Below, piece after piece: positions 18,782 to 27,911 of a DNA stretch of 55,743 bases (position 1 is its first letter; every line of letters begins with the position of its first letter). The DNA is taken from positions 1-55,743 of the forward strand of contig JAEOTB010000095.1 in the NCBI GenBank assembly GCA_016840065.1, in the 5' to 3' direction. The notes under the pieces are model-generated. The model was given only the letters and a program-made list of their open reading frames with translations. It was not told where the DNA came from and did no database searches. The position numbers were made by a program, and so were the translations under genes. The DNA is from Candidatus Hermodarchaeota archaeon (lineage in GTDB: Archaea > Asgardarchaeota > Hermodarchaeia > Hermodarchaeales > Hermodarchaeaceae).

Positions 18782-19558
18782 GTGAATAAGTTGGCACCAG
18801 TGTGTAGTAGCTGTGGGAACACTGTTAAGAGTACGGCTAAATTTTGTAAGTATTGTGGTCGTTCTTTGAAGTCTCCTTCACGGGGTGTTTCTCGGCGAGA
18901 TCATCCCTCTCCCTCGACTAGAGTTTCTAGGTCTAGATCTGTAACTGCGTCTAGGCCTGTAACCGAGATACCTTCTGATGTTTTAGCACAATTGGAATTG
19001 CGTGGACAATTGCTTGAACTTCAGAAAGAAGAGAAGGGGTTAATGGAGGAAATAGATCGGTTGCAGGCCGAGTTAGAGAAGGGTGAGCAATCGATTTCTG
19101 AGCTAGAAGAGAAGATGAAGCCTCTGAAGAAGAGGATAAAGGAGCTTACAAGTCGCGAGAAGAAGCTTAAGACGAAAATTAAGCCGTTCCCCTTTGAGGA
19201 GGCAGGGAAGGCGCGCCATTTGTGGTCTGAAAGGCTAGATAAATTGGAGGAATTGAAACAGGAGGGGACGACTCGCGAAAGTGTTTATCGGCGATTGAAG
19301 GGAGAATACGAGACTGGTCTTCGCGATGCTGAAAGGAAGTACCAGGAGCAGTTGATACTAACTAAAGAATGGCTTCTTCTATTGAAATCCCAATATGCAG
19401 CTGCAAGGGATGAGCTGGCAATGTTGGAAGCCCGACATGGAGTTGGCGAGGTCGGTGAAGGGGCGCATGAGAAGAGTAAAGAAACGCTTGAGAAAAGGAC
19501 GAAACAGCTTGGCAGACAAGTAGAGATACTTGAAACGATTCTTCGCGGGATAAAGTAA
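18782..19558 (+). CDS. Zinc-ribbon + coiled-coil protein with CdvA-like C-terminal region
   Basis: CSSCG...FCKYCG; coiled coil; VYRRLKGEY and LEARHGVGEV motifs. Confidence 0.65.
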   Translation: MNKLAPVCSSCGNTVKSTAKFCKYCGRSLKSPSRGVSRRDHPSPSTRVSRSRSVTASRPVTEIPSDVLAQLELRGQLLELQKEEKGLMEEIDRLQAELEKGEQSISELEEKMKPLKKRIKELTSREKKLKTKIKPFPFEEAGKARHLWSERLDKLEELKQEGTTRESVYRRLKGEYETGLRDAERKYQEQLILTKEWLLLLKSQYAAARDELAMLEARHGVGEVGEGAHEKSKETLEKRTKQLGRQVEILETILRGIK

Positions 19559-19646
19559 TCATATAAGTGATGCTTGTCGCTGCGCAAAGTCTTTTAAATA
19601 CTGAAGCCTCTCTTGAACTTCAAATTGTGGGAGGCTGTTGAATCCC

Positions 19647-19793
19647 ATGAATCGACGTATAATCGCCATAGCTCTCATATGTATTGGTCTTTCAGCCATA
19701 GCTTTTGGTCTAGCATTAGGTCAACATGAAATGATTCATTATTGGCTTCAACGTATCTCCGATGCTTATATTTTCCCGCCACCACTTACGTAG
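19647..19793 (+). CDS. 48-aa single-pass membrane peptide (missing from ORF track)
   Basis: MNRRIIAIALICIGLSAIAFGLALGQ...; GGAGG and a TATA box upstream; ends 12 nt before the 4Fe-4S protein. Confidence 0.7.
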   Translation: MNRRIIAIALICIGLSAIAFGLALGQHEMIHYWLQRISDAYIFPPPLT

Positions 19794-19805
19794 GAGAGAG
19801 CCCGA

Positions 19806-20915
19806 GTGACAGCTAAGGAAGAAGAAACTTCAAGAGAGAAGCCGAAACGACCCAGACGAACGGCTGGTAATATTCTAACCAGGATCAAGCTTGGGATTCT
19901 AGAACGCACCCGCCCGTATAGGCGAATTCACTACTGGACTAAGAAAGCGTTTGATGAATTGCTTGGCATCCGCATCACCCGGTTCTTCACCCAACTGATA
20001 ATGTTTCTATTACTTAACTGGGTAGCAATAACTTGGATTTTAGGCTACGATCCCCTGTTTTCCTCTCCATTGCTCCTAGGAGTTGGCTGGCTAGTTCCTA
20101 CATTTGGCTACATACCCCTCCCCTATGTGATGCCTCACGGTAGTCCTGCCGGAACTGGTGTTGGTTTCCTAGATGCACTTATGCTAATTGGTGCAAGTGG
20201 TGTCTTTCCGTATTTGGCGCTTGGTATCGCCCTATTAGTACCTGCGCTCTTGGGTCGAAGCTTTTGCGGCTGGATTTGTCCTTTTGGGTTTGTTCAAGAT
20301 ATGTGCTCTCTAACCCCGATACGGACAAGAGTTACTTCCCGGCAGACAAATGAAAATCTTTCATCCATAAGATACGTCGTTTTAGGGATTACTCTATTAT
20401 TCACTACGTGGCTTGGATTCTGGACCTTTTTGGGTATCGACGAAGCCTTCCGAACTACTTTGGGTCCATTTGCCACGGCATTTTGGAGCGTCCTTAGTCC
20501 TGAAGCAACTTTCTTTGTGTTGATTCCTCTCCTTGCAATTCAAGGCAATATCTCACCCTTCATCACAAGATGGGGGTTGATGCTATCATGGGGAACGCTT
20601 GTGTGGTTCCGTTTAATCTTCCTTGTTATTATCCTCATACTGGCGCTCTTCATTCGCCGCCCCTATTGCCGGTGGATTTGCCCCACGGGGGCCTTGATGG
20701 GGCTTTTCAGTCGATTCAGTCTCCTGGGGATTTCACGGCGCCCCGCCGAATGCCCTGGAGGGTCATGTGAATCGCAACGCTGCCAAAAGGAGTGCCCAAT
20801 GGCTGTCCGAGTGATGGAGGCGCCATGGGGTCGCCTATACAACGGAGATTGCATCCTTTGCCTAGATTGTCGCGCTAAATGTCCAAGAAACGCTATTGAA
20901 GTGGTGTTTCCATAG
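19806..20915 (+). CDS. Membrane 4Fe-4S binding protein (NapH/MauN/YccM-like)
   Basis: GRSFCGWICPFG, RPYCRWICPTG, CILCLDCRAKCP. Confidence 0.9.
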   Translation: MTAKEEETSREKPKRPRRTAGNILTRIKLGILERTRPYRRIHYWTKKAFDELLGIRITRFFTQLIMFLLLNWVAITWILGYDPLFSSPLLLGVGWLVPTFGYIPLPYVMPHGSPAGTGVGFLDALMLIGASGVFPYLALGIALLVPALLGRSFCGWICPFGFVQDMCSLTPIRTRVTSRQTNENLSSIRYVVLGITLLFTTWLGFWTFLGIDEAFRTTLGPFATAFWSVLSPEATFFVLIPLLAIQGNISPFITRWGLMLSWGTLVWFRLIFLVIILILALFIRRPYCRWICPTGALMGLFSRFSLLGISRRPAECPGGSCESQRCQKECPMAVRVMEAPWGRLYNGDCILCLDCRAKCPRNAIEVVFP

Positions 20916-20931
20916 CTAAGAGGAGTCACAA

Positions 20932-21147
20932 ATGGTAAAAGAAAAAGTTTGTAGTGTAGAAGGTTGTAGTGAGCCTGGTGTCCGATCGTTCGCTCGCGCT
21001 AAAATCTCTGAGGCACTTCAAAAGGCATCCCTTACTTTGAAGAGTGGTCGATCACGTAGAGCCTACCTCTGCTCTGAACACTATAAAATATACAAGAAAC
21101 AGACCCGGAAAGAGAAACGCGTGAATAAATGGCGCTATGGTACCTAA
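20932..21147 (+). CDS. Small basic zinc-finger protein
   Basis: CSVEGC...YLCSEHYK; AGGAG SD. Confidence 0.75.
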   Translation: MVKEKVCSVEGCSEPGVRSFARAKISEALQKASLTLKSGRSRRAYLCSEHYKIYKKQTRKEKRVNKWRYGT

Positions 21148-21155
21148 AAAGCGCT

Positions 21156-21824
21156 TTAGTCCTCTTCTGGTGAACTAATAACTGATTCAATAAGTTGCTT
21201 GATGGATTTCTTCCACCGCAGCAGGAGAAGTGCCAACTCTTCATGTTCAGTCTTTGGAATCTTACCAGTTCGTCCAGCAAGCGGCGTAAGAGCAGCCCCC
21301 ATTTGCAGAGTAAGCGGATCAAAACCTCCTAAACGAATTAGTCGCTCGCGAGCATCAGCAACAATCACGTAGACCTTTTGGAATTCTGCATCATCAAAGA
21401 GTTGATCGATTGCTTCGTCAAGCTTACGTTCAACAATCACTGCCTTGGAAGCCTTCGAAAGCGTGACTCCAGAAACCTGACTAAACCGGTCTATGGTTTC
21501 AGTTATTCGCTGGGCAATTTCGTCAAGATACGTTTTCAGCTTTGAGTCTTCTACACCCGAAATTTCAAGTACAAGGTTTGGTGCAGAAGAATCTACTTTG
21601 AGCACCACTTCCAAATGCTTTTCTGAATCGGGAATAGGTGAGGAAAAAGTTGCGTTCCCAATGAAGCCGTCCTTCGTAAAAGTCTCATTTATACTGTTGA
21701 GACGAGTTCTGATGGAAGATATAGAATAGTAAGCCGCGCCAAAGGCAAGGCTAGGGGACAGCTCCTTGGTTGGGATTTCTTTTGAGGCCCTCAATATGAC
21801 AGCACCCTCATCTAGATAAAGCAT
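21156..21824 (-). CDS. Hypothetical protein
   Basis: Long ORF; ATG 21824 avoids overlap with the divergent ATPase. Confidence 0.7.
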   Translation of the reverse strand: MLYLDEGAVILRASKEIPTKELSPSLAFGAAYYSISSIRTRLNSINETFTKDGFIGNATFSSPIPDSEKHLEVVLKVDSSAPNLVLEISGVEDSKLKTYLDEIAQRITETIDRFSQVSGVTLSKASKAVIVERKLDEAIDQLFDDAEFQKVYVIVADARERLIRLGGFDPLTLQMGAALTPLAGRTGKIPKTEHEELALLLLRWKKSIKQLIESVISSPEED

Positions 21825-21901
21825 ATCTGGGAGGCAAAAAGCTTTACGACGAACTCTTTTAGGGGTGAACTTTACATTTCTAGTAAGCGAGGAGTTATAA
21901 G

Positions 21902-23374
21902 TTGCCACCAAAAGCATCAAAACCCTCAACTGAACCAGTTGCAGATATAATTGGGCGTACAACAACAGCGAGCATAAATATCCGTGTAACTGACCTAAAG
22001 GCAGTTGGTCGAAACGAATTCCTTACCCTATTGCATGAAGGCGAAGAGTACCTCCTTCTGGTCAAAGAAATATGGAGGGAACATCATGAAACGAAGGGAA
22101 CTTGCACTGTTGTAGGCTCCATGCCACGAACGCCTTTCAATCCTGATGTATCCGTCTATAAAGCATCACCAAGTATTGTAGGGGAAGCTCTTGGAATCGA
22201 TATTCCTCGCGACGAAGCAGTTTATGCTGGGCTTCTATCAGGCTATGACGAAATTCAGGTGCTTCTTCCCATTAAGAAACTGGGACGCCTATTCATTGTA
22301 GGTAAGACAGGGAGTGGCAAGAGTTACAGTGCTGCAGTGATTATGGAGGAATTTCTTGAAAGAGGGATACCTATTGTAGTTCTAGATAGGCATGGTGAAT
22401 ATTCTAGTCTAAAAATACCGGCGGAGAAAGGGAGCAAGCGGTTCGATGTGAAACCGAAGAGTTACGAAGAGAACGTCATCGAGTTCGCTGACCTTTCCGC
22501 AAATCCTGGTGCCGATCTTCCCATAGAAGCAGTACTGGGCACTAAACCTAAAGATTTGGTGGTTTCGGGTCAAGGGACAATCCTAAACTTCCGTGGTCTT
22601 GATCTAAGCGTCCAAGAAGCACTTTCTACTGAAATCCTACACAGCTTGTATAAAGCTGCAACCAACAGAGAGATACCTCCCTTCTACTGTTTCGTGGATG
22701 AGGCACATCTGCTAGCACCTAATCGAGGAAAGGCAGCAACCACGAAGATGATGCGGCTCTTAGCCCAAGAAGGCCGCAAGTTTGCAGCTAATCTGGTAGT
22801 AATCACTCAGAAACCCCAATTACTTGATACTCATGTTCGCAGCCAAGTTGGTACGTGGATTGTCCATCAACTTACTGACGTTCGTGATGTTGATATCACA
22901 ACCCAATCTACTGAAGGCCTCTCTCGCGAATGGGATGATGACATCCAACATCTTGATGTGGGTCAAGCAGTAATTGCTGGGGATGCAGTAAAAGTTCCGT
23001 TAATTGTTGATATTCGTATTCGTGAAACGACTCACGGAGCTATTGGATTCAACCCTCTTGATTTTGCTGCTCCTCAAGCAGCTGAGGAATTAGAAAGGCG
23101 CCGGAGCAGATTGCGAAAAAGCTTTGCAGACCGGATGAAGACGGCGGTGAAGCGGTTCGAAGAACTGCACGCTTCAATTGAGGGTGGTACTGGACGTGTC
23201 CCCAAAAGGATAGCAGCTCTTAGTGAAGAACTCAAGGCAGCTGAGCTGAAGCTGAGAGAGTTACGAGAAGAAAACAAGGTATTGAAGAAGGAACTGAGCA
23301 AGGTTAAGAAACAGAAGGATAAAGCCATCAAACTTGCTGAGGAAGCTTTAGCTAGATTGAAGAGAAGAAGATAG
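21902..23374 (+). CDS. HerA/FtsK-family ATPase with HAS-barrel-like N-terminus and C-terminal coiled coil
   Basis: GKTGSGKS, DRHGEY, FVDEAH, QEGRKF, ITQKP. Confidence 0.9.
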   Translation: MPPKASKPSTEPVADIIGRTTTASINIRVTDLKAVGRNEFLTLLHEGEEYLLLVKEIWREHHETKGTCTVVGSMPRTPFNPDVSVYKASPSIVGEALGIDIPRDEAVYAGLLSGYDEIQVLLPIKKLGRLFIVGKTGSGKSYSAAVIMEEFLERGIPIVVLDRHGEYSSLKIPAEKGSKRFDVKPKSYEENVIEFADLSANPGADLPIEAVLGTKPKDLVVSGQGTILNFRGLDLSVQEALSTEILHSLYKAATNREIPPFYCFVDEAHLLAPNRGKAATTKMMRLLAQEGRKFAANLVVITQKPQLLDTHVRSQVGTWIVHQLTDVRDVDITTQSTEGLSREWDDDIQHLDVGQAVIAGDAVKVPLIVDIRIRETTHGAIGFNPLDFAAPQAAEELERRRSRLRKSFADRMKTAVKRFEELHASIEGGTGRVPKRIAALSEELKAAELKLRELREENKVLKKELSKVKKQKDKAIKLAEEALARLKRRR

Positions 23375-23402
23375 AACCCAAAAGAAGTCCACCATGAAAG
23401 TA

Positions 23403-23744
23403 CTACTTTGCTTGCCAAGCTTTTGTAGTTACCTTGTCCACTAGCCCTTTCTCTTTTAGTTCATTTAAACTTCGGATAATCTCATTTTGGGGAATATCTA
23501 CTCCACCTACTCCACTAATGATTGTGCGAATAGCTCGGGGTCGTTGCGCGCGCTCCCGAATTGTTTCTAAAACTGCGGCTTGGAGTACTGTGAGACGAGT
23601 TCTTCCCCTAGAGGACGCCTGTTCCTTGCGCTTCGGCTTCTCTTTCGCTGGTGCAGCAGAGGGAGAAACTGCTTCAGTTCCCTCTTCATCACTGGAAGGT
23701 TTGGGCTCTATTGTTTCATCAGTTGGTGTGTCATTTTCTGACAT
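23403..23744 (-). CDS. Small winged-helix protein with disordered N-terminus
   Basis: LTVLQAAVLETI...IIRSLNELKEKGLV. Confidence 0.65.
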   Translation of the reverse strand: MSENDTPTDETIEPKPSSDEEGTEAVSPSAAPAKEKPKRKEQASSRGRTRLTVLQAAVLETIRERAQRPRAIRTIISGVGGVDIPQNEIIRSLNELKEKGLVDKVTTKAWQAK

Positions 23745-23890
23745 GCCTTGACAATCTCCGAAGGGACTATAATAGGTGCCCGAAAACCTATCGTCAATTT
23801 AAGTTTTCCTCCAGCAATAGACGTTTAGTTCCGCAAGCTTGAAATAAGGAAAGATATACCACGATAACGCCATCAGGCAGGAAGTCAATC

Positions 23891-25264
23891 ATGCCGCCGA
23901 AGCGTCGTCGCAAACGAAAACGTCGAGAGAAACGACTAGAACGATTGCCTGAAAAACTCCAACGAAGACGAGAGCGTCGTGTTTCATATCGAATCCGACG
24001 CATGCCCAATTGGGTAAAAGGAACTCTTGTAATCGCTGTTATCGTTGCCATTTCCGTTGCGGCTGTTACTGGGATTGGAATTCTTTACCCTCCACAATCA
24101 GCAGATGTAGCTTCCCCTGATATTTATTTCCTGCAGCAAGACATATTCTACTTCAGTGTTGGCGCGGACAGTAACCTTACATTGGAGTCTATGGATGCTC
24201 TTTTTGGTATAGGGTCCCAAGGGAGCGAGAAATCACTTAACTTCAGTCTAATCGATACCTTCAACGAGGATCACAATATCACTCTAAATGATATTATAGT
24301 CTGGGATTATTTTGGGAATGCCTATCTCCTCAACACAATAATTGAATCTCAGAGTATCAACTTCACATTTAATGACATATGGCCTCCAATGAACTCCACT
24401 AGGGAACTTGAGGGTGTCCCAGAGGGCTATTGGTCTCTCCTCTTTGGTTACACATTAGACAGTGCCAATGACGATGTAATCCAAACCGAAACTCTCGATG
24501 ACTTCATTACCGCATTCAACTGTACTGTTGTTCCTGAGAATGGAAAACTCGAATATAATACTTCTACAATCGTGCATTGCAACATCGTCCTTGAAACATT
24601 CCCTGATCCCATGATCAACTTTGCTTACGGAAGAGCCCACCTAGAATTCCCAAGGCATGTCTACAATGGCAGTACGCTTCTTGCAAATATATCGATAGAC
24701 GAGGTAACAATGACCGGAACAGATAATCCTCCAGACGATGAATACAGTGAAACTGAGGATCTCATTTCATTCGACACTGATTTTACATTCATGAGCAATG
24801 ACACTTGGGGCTTCATATTCGACTTAAACGTGACCACCTTTACCAATGATTCCTTCTGTTTGCTAGACCTTTCAACGGCCCAATGCGAATTCTATGTCCA
24901 ATCGGGCTATCAAGAAGCACCATTGGTCATCGACCAACCCATGCACTTCCCCAAGGCTACCTTCAATATCAACTCGGATTATAATCAGACGTTCGTGGCA
25001 AATTACACTGACATCCATTTCCAACTCCCCCAGATTTGGGTAGAAATAAATTCCACACCATCAACACCGACACTTACTTTACAACCACGAGTCAGTGAAA
25101 CTATGCGCAGACCGTTTAATCACAGACTTCCCTCAATCTCAGATATAGAAAAACAACCGTGGAACCAAACTTATAACTCGGACTCAGAGGCGGTCTTTGA
25201 AGCGTTGGCTCTGATAGCGCCCAAACCTATTCTAGCTTGTCGTTGTCGACCGTTGCGGTTCTAG
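23891..25264 (+). CDS. Membrane-anchored extracellular glycoprotein with poly-basic cytoplasmic N-terminus
   Basis: MPPKRRRKRKRR..., one TM helix, acidic beta-rich ectodomain with many N-x-S/T sequons. Confidence 0.75.
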   Translation: MPPKRRRKRKRREKRLERLPEKLQRRRERRVSYRIRRMPNWVKGTLVIAVIVAISVAAVTGIGILYPPQSADVASPDIYFLQQDIFYFSVGADSNLTLESMDALFGIGSQGSEKSLNFSLIDTFNEDHNITLNDIIVWDYFGNAYLLNTIIESQSINFTFNDIWPPMNSTRELEGVPEGYWSLLFGYTLDSANDDVIQTETLDDFITAFNCTVVPENGKLEYNTSTIVHCNIVLETFPDPMINFAYGRAHLEFPRHVYNGSTLLANISIDEVTMTGTDNPPDDEYSETEDLISFDTDFTFMSNDTWGFIFDLNVTTFTNDSFCLLDLSTAQCEFYVQSGYQEAPLVIDQPMHFPKATFNINSDYNQTFVANYTDIHFQLPQIWVEINSTPSTPTLTLQPRVSETMRRPFNHRLPSISDIEKQPWNQTYNSDSEAVFEALALIAPKPILACRCRPLRF

Positions 25265-25678
25265 AAGTCGTTGTACCTTATGCAGATGACGTGCGGTCTT
25301 CACAGTCACTCCATCTATGCTGTATACCTTGCCACGTTCAATCACTAGGTGTTTCACTCCCGTATCTAGGTCGAAGTAGCGTCGTAGGTCTTCAGCAATC
25401 ACATGTAGTTGAAAGCAGTGGGGGCTGCCGTCAACAGTCAGTACAAGTAATTCGGTTGGTTGATGAATCTTGACCATACAGGCTAACTTTGTTTCGACCA
25501 TATTCATGTGATAGGTCTCTAAACACACATGCAAACATACCCTATCTTTAACGAATTCCTCTAGAATCTTCGGATGCTCCTGTAATAGACAGGAACCAAC
25601 TATAAGGAATTGATTGGATTGACGCAGATATCGTGCTCCAACATTAGTTGATAAAAGCATTGAACATTGCATAGCCAA
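25232..25678 (-). CDS. Cys-containing putative Fe-S binding protein
   Basis: IVGSC, HVCLE, TVDGSPHC motifs. Confidence 0.7.
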   Translation of the reverse strand: MAMQCSMLLSTNVGARYLRQSNQFLIVGSCLLQEHPKILEEFVKDRVCLHVCLETYHMNMVETKLACMVKIHQPTELLVLTVDGSPHCFQLHVIAEDLRRYFDLDTGVKHLVIERGKVYSIDGVTVKTARHLHKVQRLLEPQRSTTTS

Positions 25679-25761
25679 GGCACCTCTCTAACGTTAGGTC
25701 TCCGAGCCTTTAAATTGACGATGCACTAGATTGTAATTAACCTGTATAATGGGGATAACAG

Positions 25762-26403
25762 ATGCCTGAAGAAGAAAATGACGAACTAGACGAGGCTTAT
25801 AGGCGCTTCAGTCAGCATTTGAAGAGAAGACTTGCAGAGCGTGATCCTGTAAGAGATGCTGAGCTTCGCGCTCGTGTTGAACGCATAGACGCTGAAGCGC
25901 CTAGCCGAACAAGGCTTTTCGCAGAAGGGGAGGAAACTCTTAGTCGATTAAAGAGTGACTTCCAAATTGCACTAAGACCGCCCAGCAACTTGGAGGAGTA
26001 TCTTGTTTATCTGCTTGCATTAGAGCGTTCAGGGATTGCAACGACAGTTACAGCAGCTGACTTATTTTCCCAACTTCTTGAGGCAAGTTATTTTTCAGAT
26101 GTTTCCATCAAGGATTTCCGTAGAGCATTGGCTAAACTGGAGAAAGAGAAGGTACTTACTCTCTATGAACGCCAGGGCACGATAATGATTCGCGTCCACC
26201 AAGAATTCCTAAGTGACGATGCAGCTGAACTGCTAGACTTGGCTGCACGCAAAGGTGGGGTACTTTCCCTAGAGCAAGCTATGCTAGCGACAGGGTGGCC
26301 CCAAGCGCGAGTACGTACAGCTCTTGATACATTGTTAGAAAAGAATCTAGTTGTGCAGAAGCGAAGCTTCGTACATGGAACAAGGTTCCAAACAACGGAT
26401 TAG
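25762..26403 (+). CDS. Tandem winged-helix protein, ESCRT-II Vps22/Vps36 (EAP30)-like
   Basis: VSIKDFRRALAKL; GGVLSLEQAMLATGWPQARVRTALDTLLEKNLV resembles the Vps22/36 C-terminal winged helix. Confidence 0.6.
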   Translation: MPEEENDELDEAYRRFSQHLKRRLAERDPVRDAELRARVERIDAEAPSRTRLFAEGEETLSRLKSDFQIALRPPSNLEEYLVYLLALERSGIATTVTAADLFSQLLEASYFSDVSIKDFRRALAKLEKEKVLTLYERQGTIMIRVHQEFLSDDAAELLDLAARKGGVLSLEQAMLATGWPQARVRTALDTLLEKNLVVQKRSFVHGTRFQTTD

Positions 26404-26579
26404 AGCTAGAATTTATAGCGTTACCCAAGGGAAAAGATGTAAATCAAGCGCCAAATATCTTATTCATTTATATGGTACCCCCTCTAGGTTTAAATAGGGA
26501 AAAGGGGGTTTTAGTCGGCGTAGAAGAGAGTGGTGGATAGGTCAACACATCGCTCTTCGACTCGAAGAAGTGTCAAAAT

Positions 26580-26792
26580 ATGGCGTCCGCTGCGTCACCA
26601 ATCCCGACAAATCATCAGATTCCCCAGAAAGTGAAGGTAAATGATATTCGTCGAGAGAAAAGGTTACTACTCAAGGCTATTGCCGCAACTCGTGGTCAAC
26701 ATCGGATTAGACTCCAGCGAGAGCTAGCCGCTCTTGAAGCATACGAACGTAACCAGCACAAGCGCCGCCAAGAAAATTCCGTCTTCACATAA
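26580..26792 (+). CDS. Small basic helical protein
   Basis: Follows TATA TTTAAATA (~26489) and a structured leader. Confidence 0.55.
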   Translation: MASAASPIPTNHQIPQKVKVNDIRREKRLLLKAIAATRGQHRIRLQRELAALEAYERNQHKRRQENSVFT

Positions 26793-26829
26793 TTAGTTGT
26801 AATCCAGAACTTTGGTAGTGAATTATTAG

Positions 26830-27150
26830 ATGACTATTGATACAGAAGAGAACAAGATTGCTTGTGTAGATGAATGCCCGCTCCTTGCGGTAGTCCTCAA
26901 ACATTTGGTTAGTAGAGCTAAGAGTAAAGACCGCGAAATCCTTATCGCTACAATTCAGGAGAATAGTCCTAGAGGATGGCTACTACCAGAAACCGATGAC
27001 AAATCCTTTCGTGCTAATGGAACCGAAACCGATTTCATGGATATAGGCTGCACATGCCCAGTCCTTGATACTAAAGTTTCTGAGCTCTTAACACAAATAG
27101 AATCTATTACCCTCTGCGACGCCATTACCCAAGAATTCGAAGAGGAATAG
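26830..27150 (+). CDS. Small acidic Cys-containing protein
   Basis: CxxxCP, CTCP; co-oriented with the previous ORF. Confidence 0.6.
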   Translation: MTIDTEENKIACVDECPLLAVVLKHLVSRAKSKDREILIATIQENSPRGWLLPETDDKSFRANGTETDFMDIGCTCPVLDTKVSELLTQIESITLCDAITQEFEEE

Positions 27151-27243
27151 TCAAATTATTATGGAGTGAAGAACCGTTTTTTAATCCCCTCTTCGCATGT
27201 CTTCTTGACGAGACAGTCTAAAACATTTCGTAGATGGCCGACT

Positions 27244-27834
27244 GTGACCCAAGCACTAGCTATCTCAGGAACCCCAGGATCAGGGAAAACTGCAGTAGGT
27301 GCATTATTAGCCGAGAGGCTCGACGTGGAGGTACTAGAGTTGAGTCAACTTGTGGAGAGGGAGAAAATGTATTCCAATCAAGATGTGGCACGAGCCACCT
27401 TAATTGCCAATGTAGAGATTCTAGAGAAGTATTTAGCAACGCTATTATCTCAAGCAAAACGAATCCATTTAGTGTTAGGACACTATGCCGATATTGTACC
27501 TGACGCGTTTCTGAAGAGCCTTGTGGTTCTTCGCTGCCATCCAAAGATATTGACAGAAAGACTTAGGGAGCGCCAATGGTCAACCACGAAAATCTTGGAA
27601 AATATACAAGCGGAGATTTTGGGTGAATGTACTTCTCAGGCTTTGCTCCGTCACCCTCCCGAAAAAATCTTTGAGGTTGATGTTAGTCACAAATCAAAGG
27701 AAGCAGCAGCTGACTGTATTGAAATGATTTTCTCAGGTAAAGGTACAGAATATAAACTAGGCAGAATCTCATGGCTCAAAACACTAGATGCTCAGGTCCT
27801 CCACCGAATAATGGAGGAAGGAGAGCTGCCCTAG
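27244..27834 (+). CDS. AK6/Fap7-type adenylate kinase
   Basis: ISGTPGSGKT, GHY, VLRCHP, KILENIQAEILG; GTG 27244. Confidence 0.9.
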   Translation: MTQALAISGTPGSGKTAVGALLAERLDVEVLELSQLVEREKMYSNQDVARATLIANVEILEKYLATLLSQAKRIHLVLGHYADIVPDAFLKSLVVLRCHPKILTERLRERQWSTTKILENIQAEILGECTSQALLRHPPEKIFEVDVSHKSKEAAADCIEMIFSGKGTEYKLGRISWLKTLDAQVLHRIMEEGELP

Positions 27835-27911
27835 TTGCAAACGCAAAACCCATAAGTGTCTCCCGTTCCCACAATAAGTAACTTGGAATCTCATTCAAAG
27901 GCGGATTCATT

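Noticed and set aside
21902-23374. HerA as part of an anti-phage system
   Set aside because: No co-oriented nuclease or SIR2 partner; housekeeping context.
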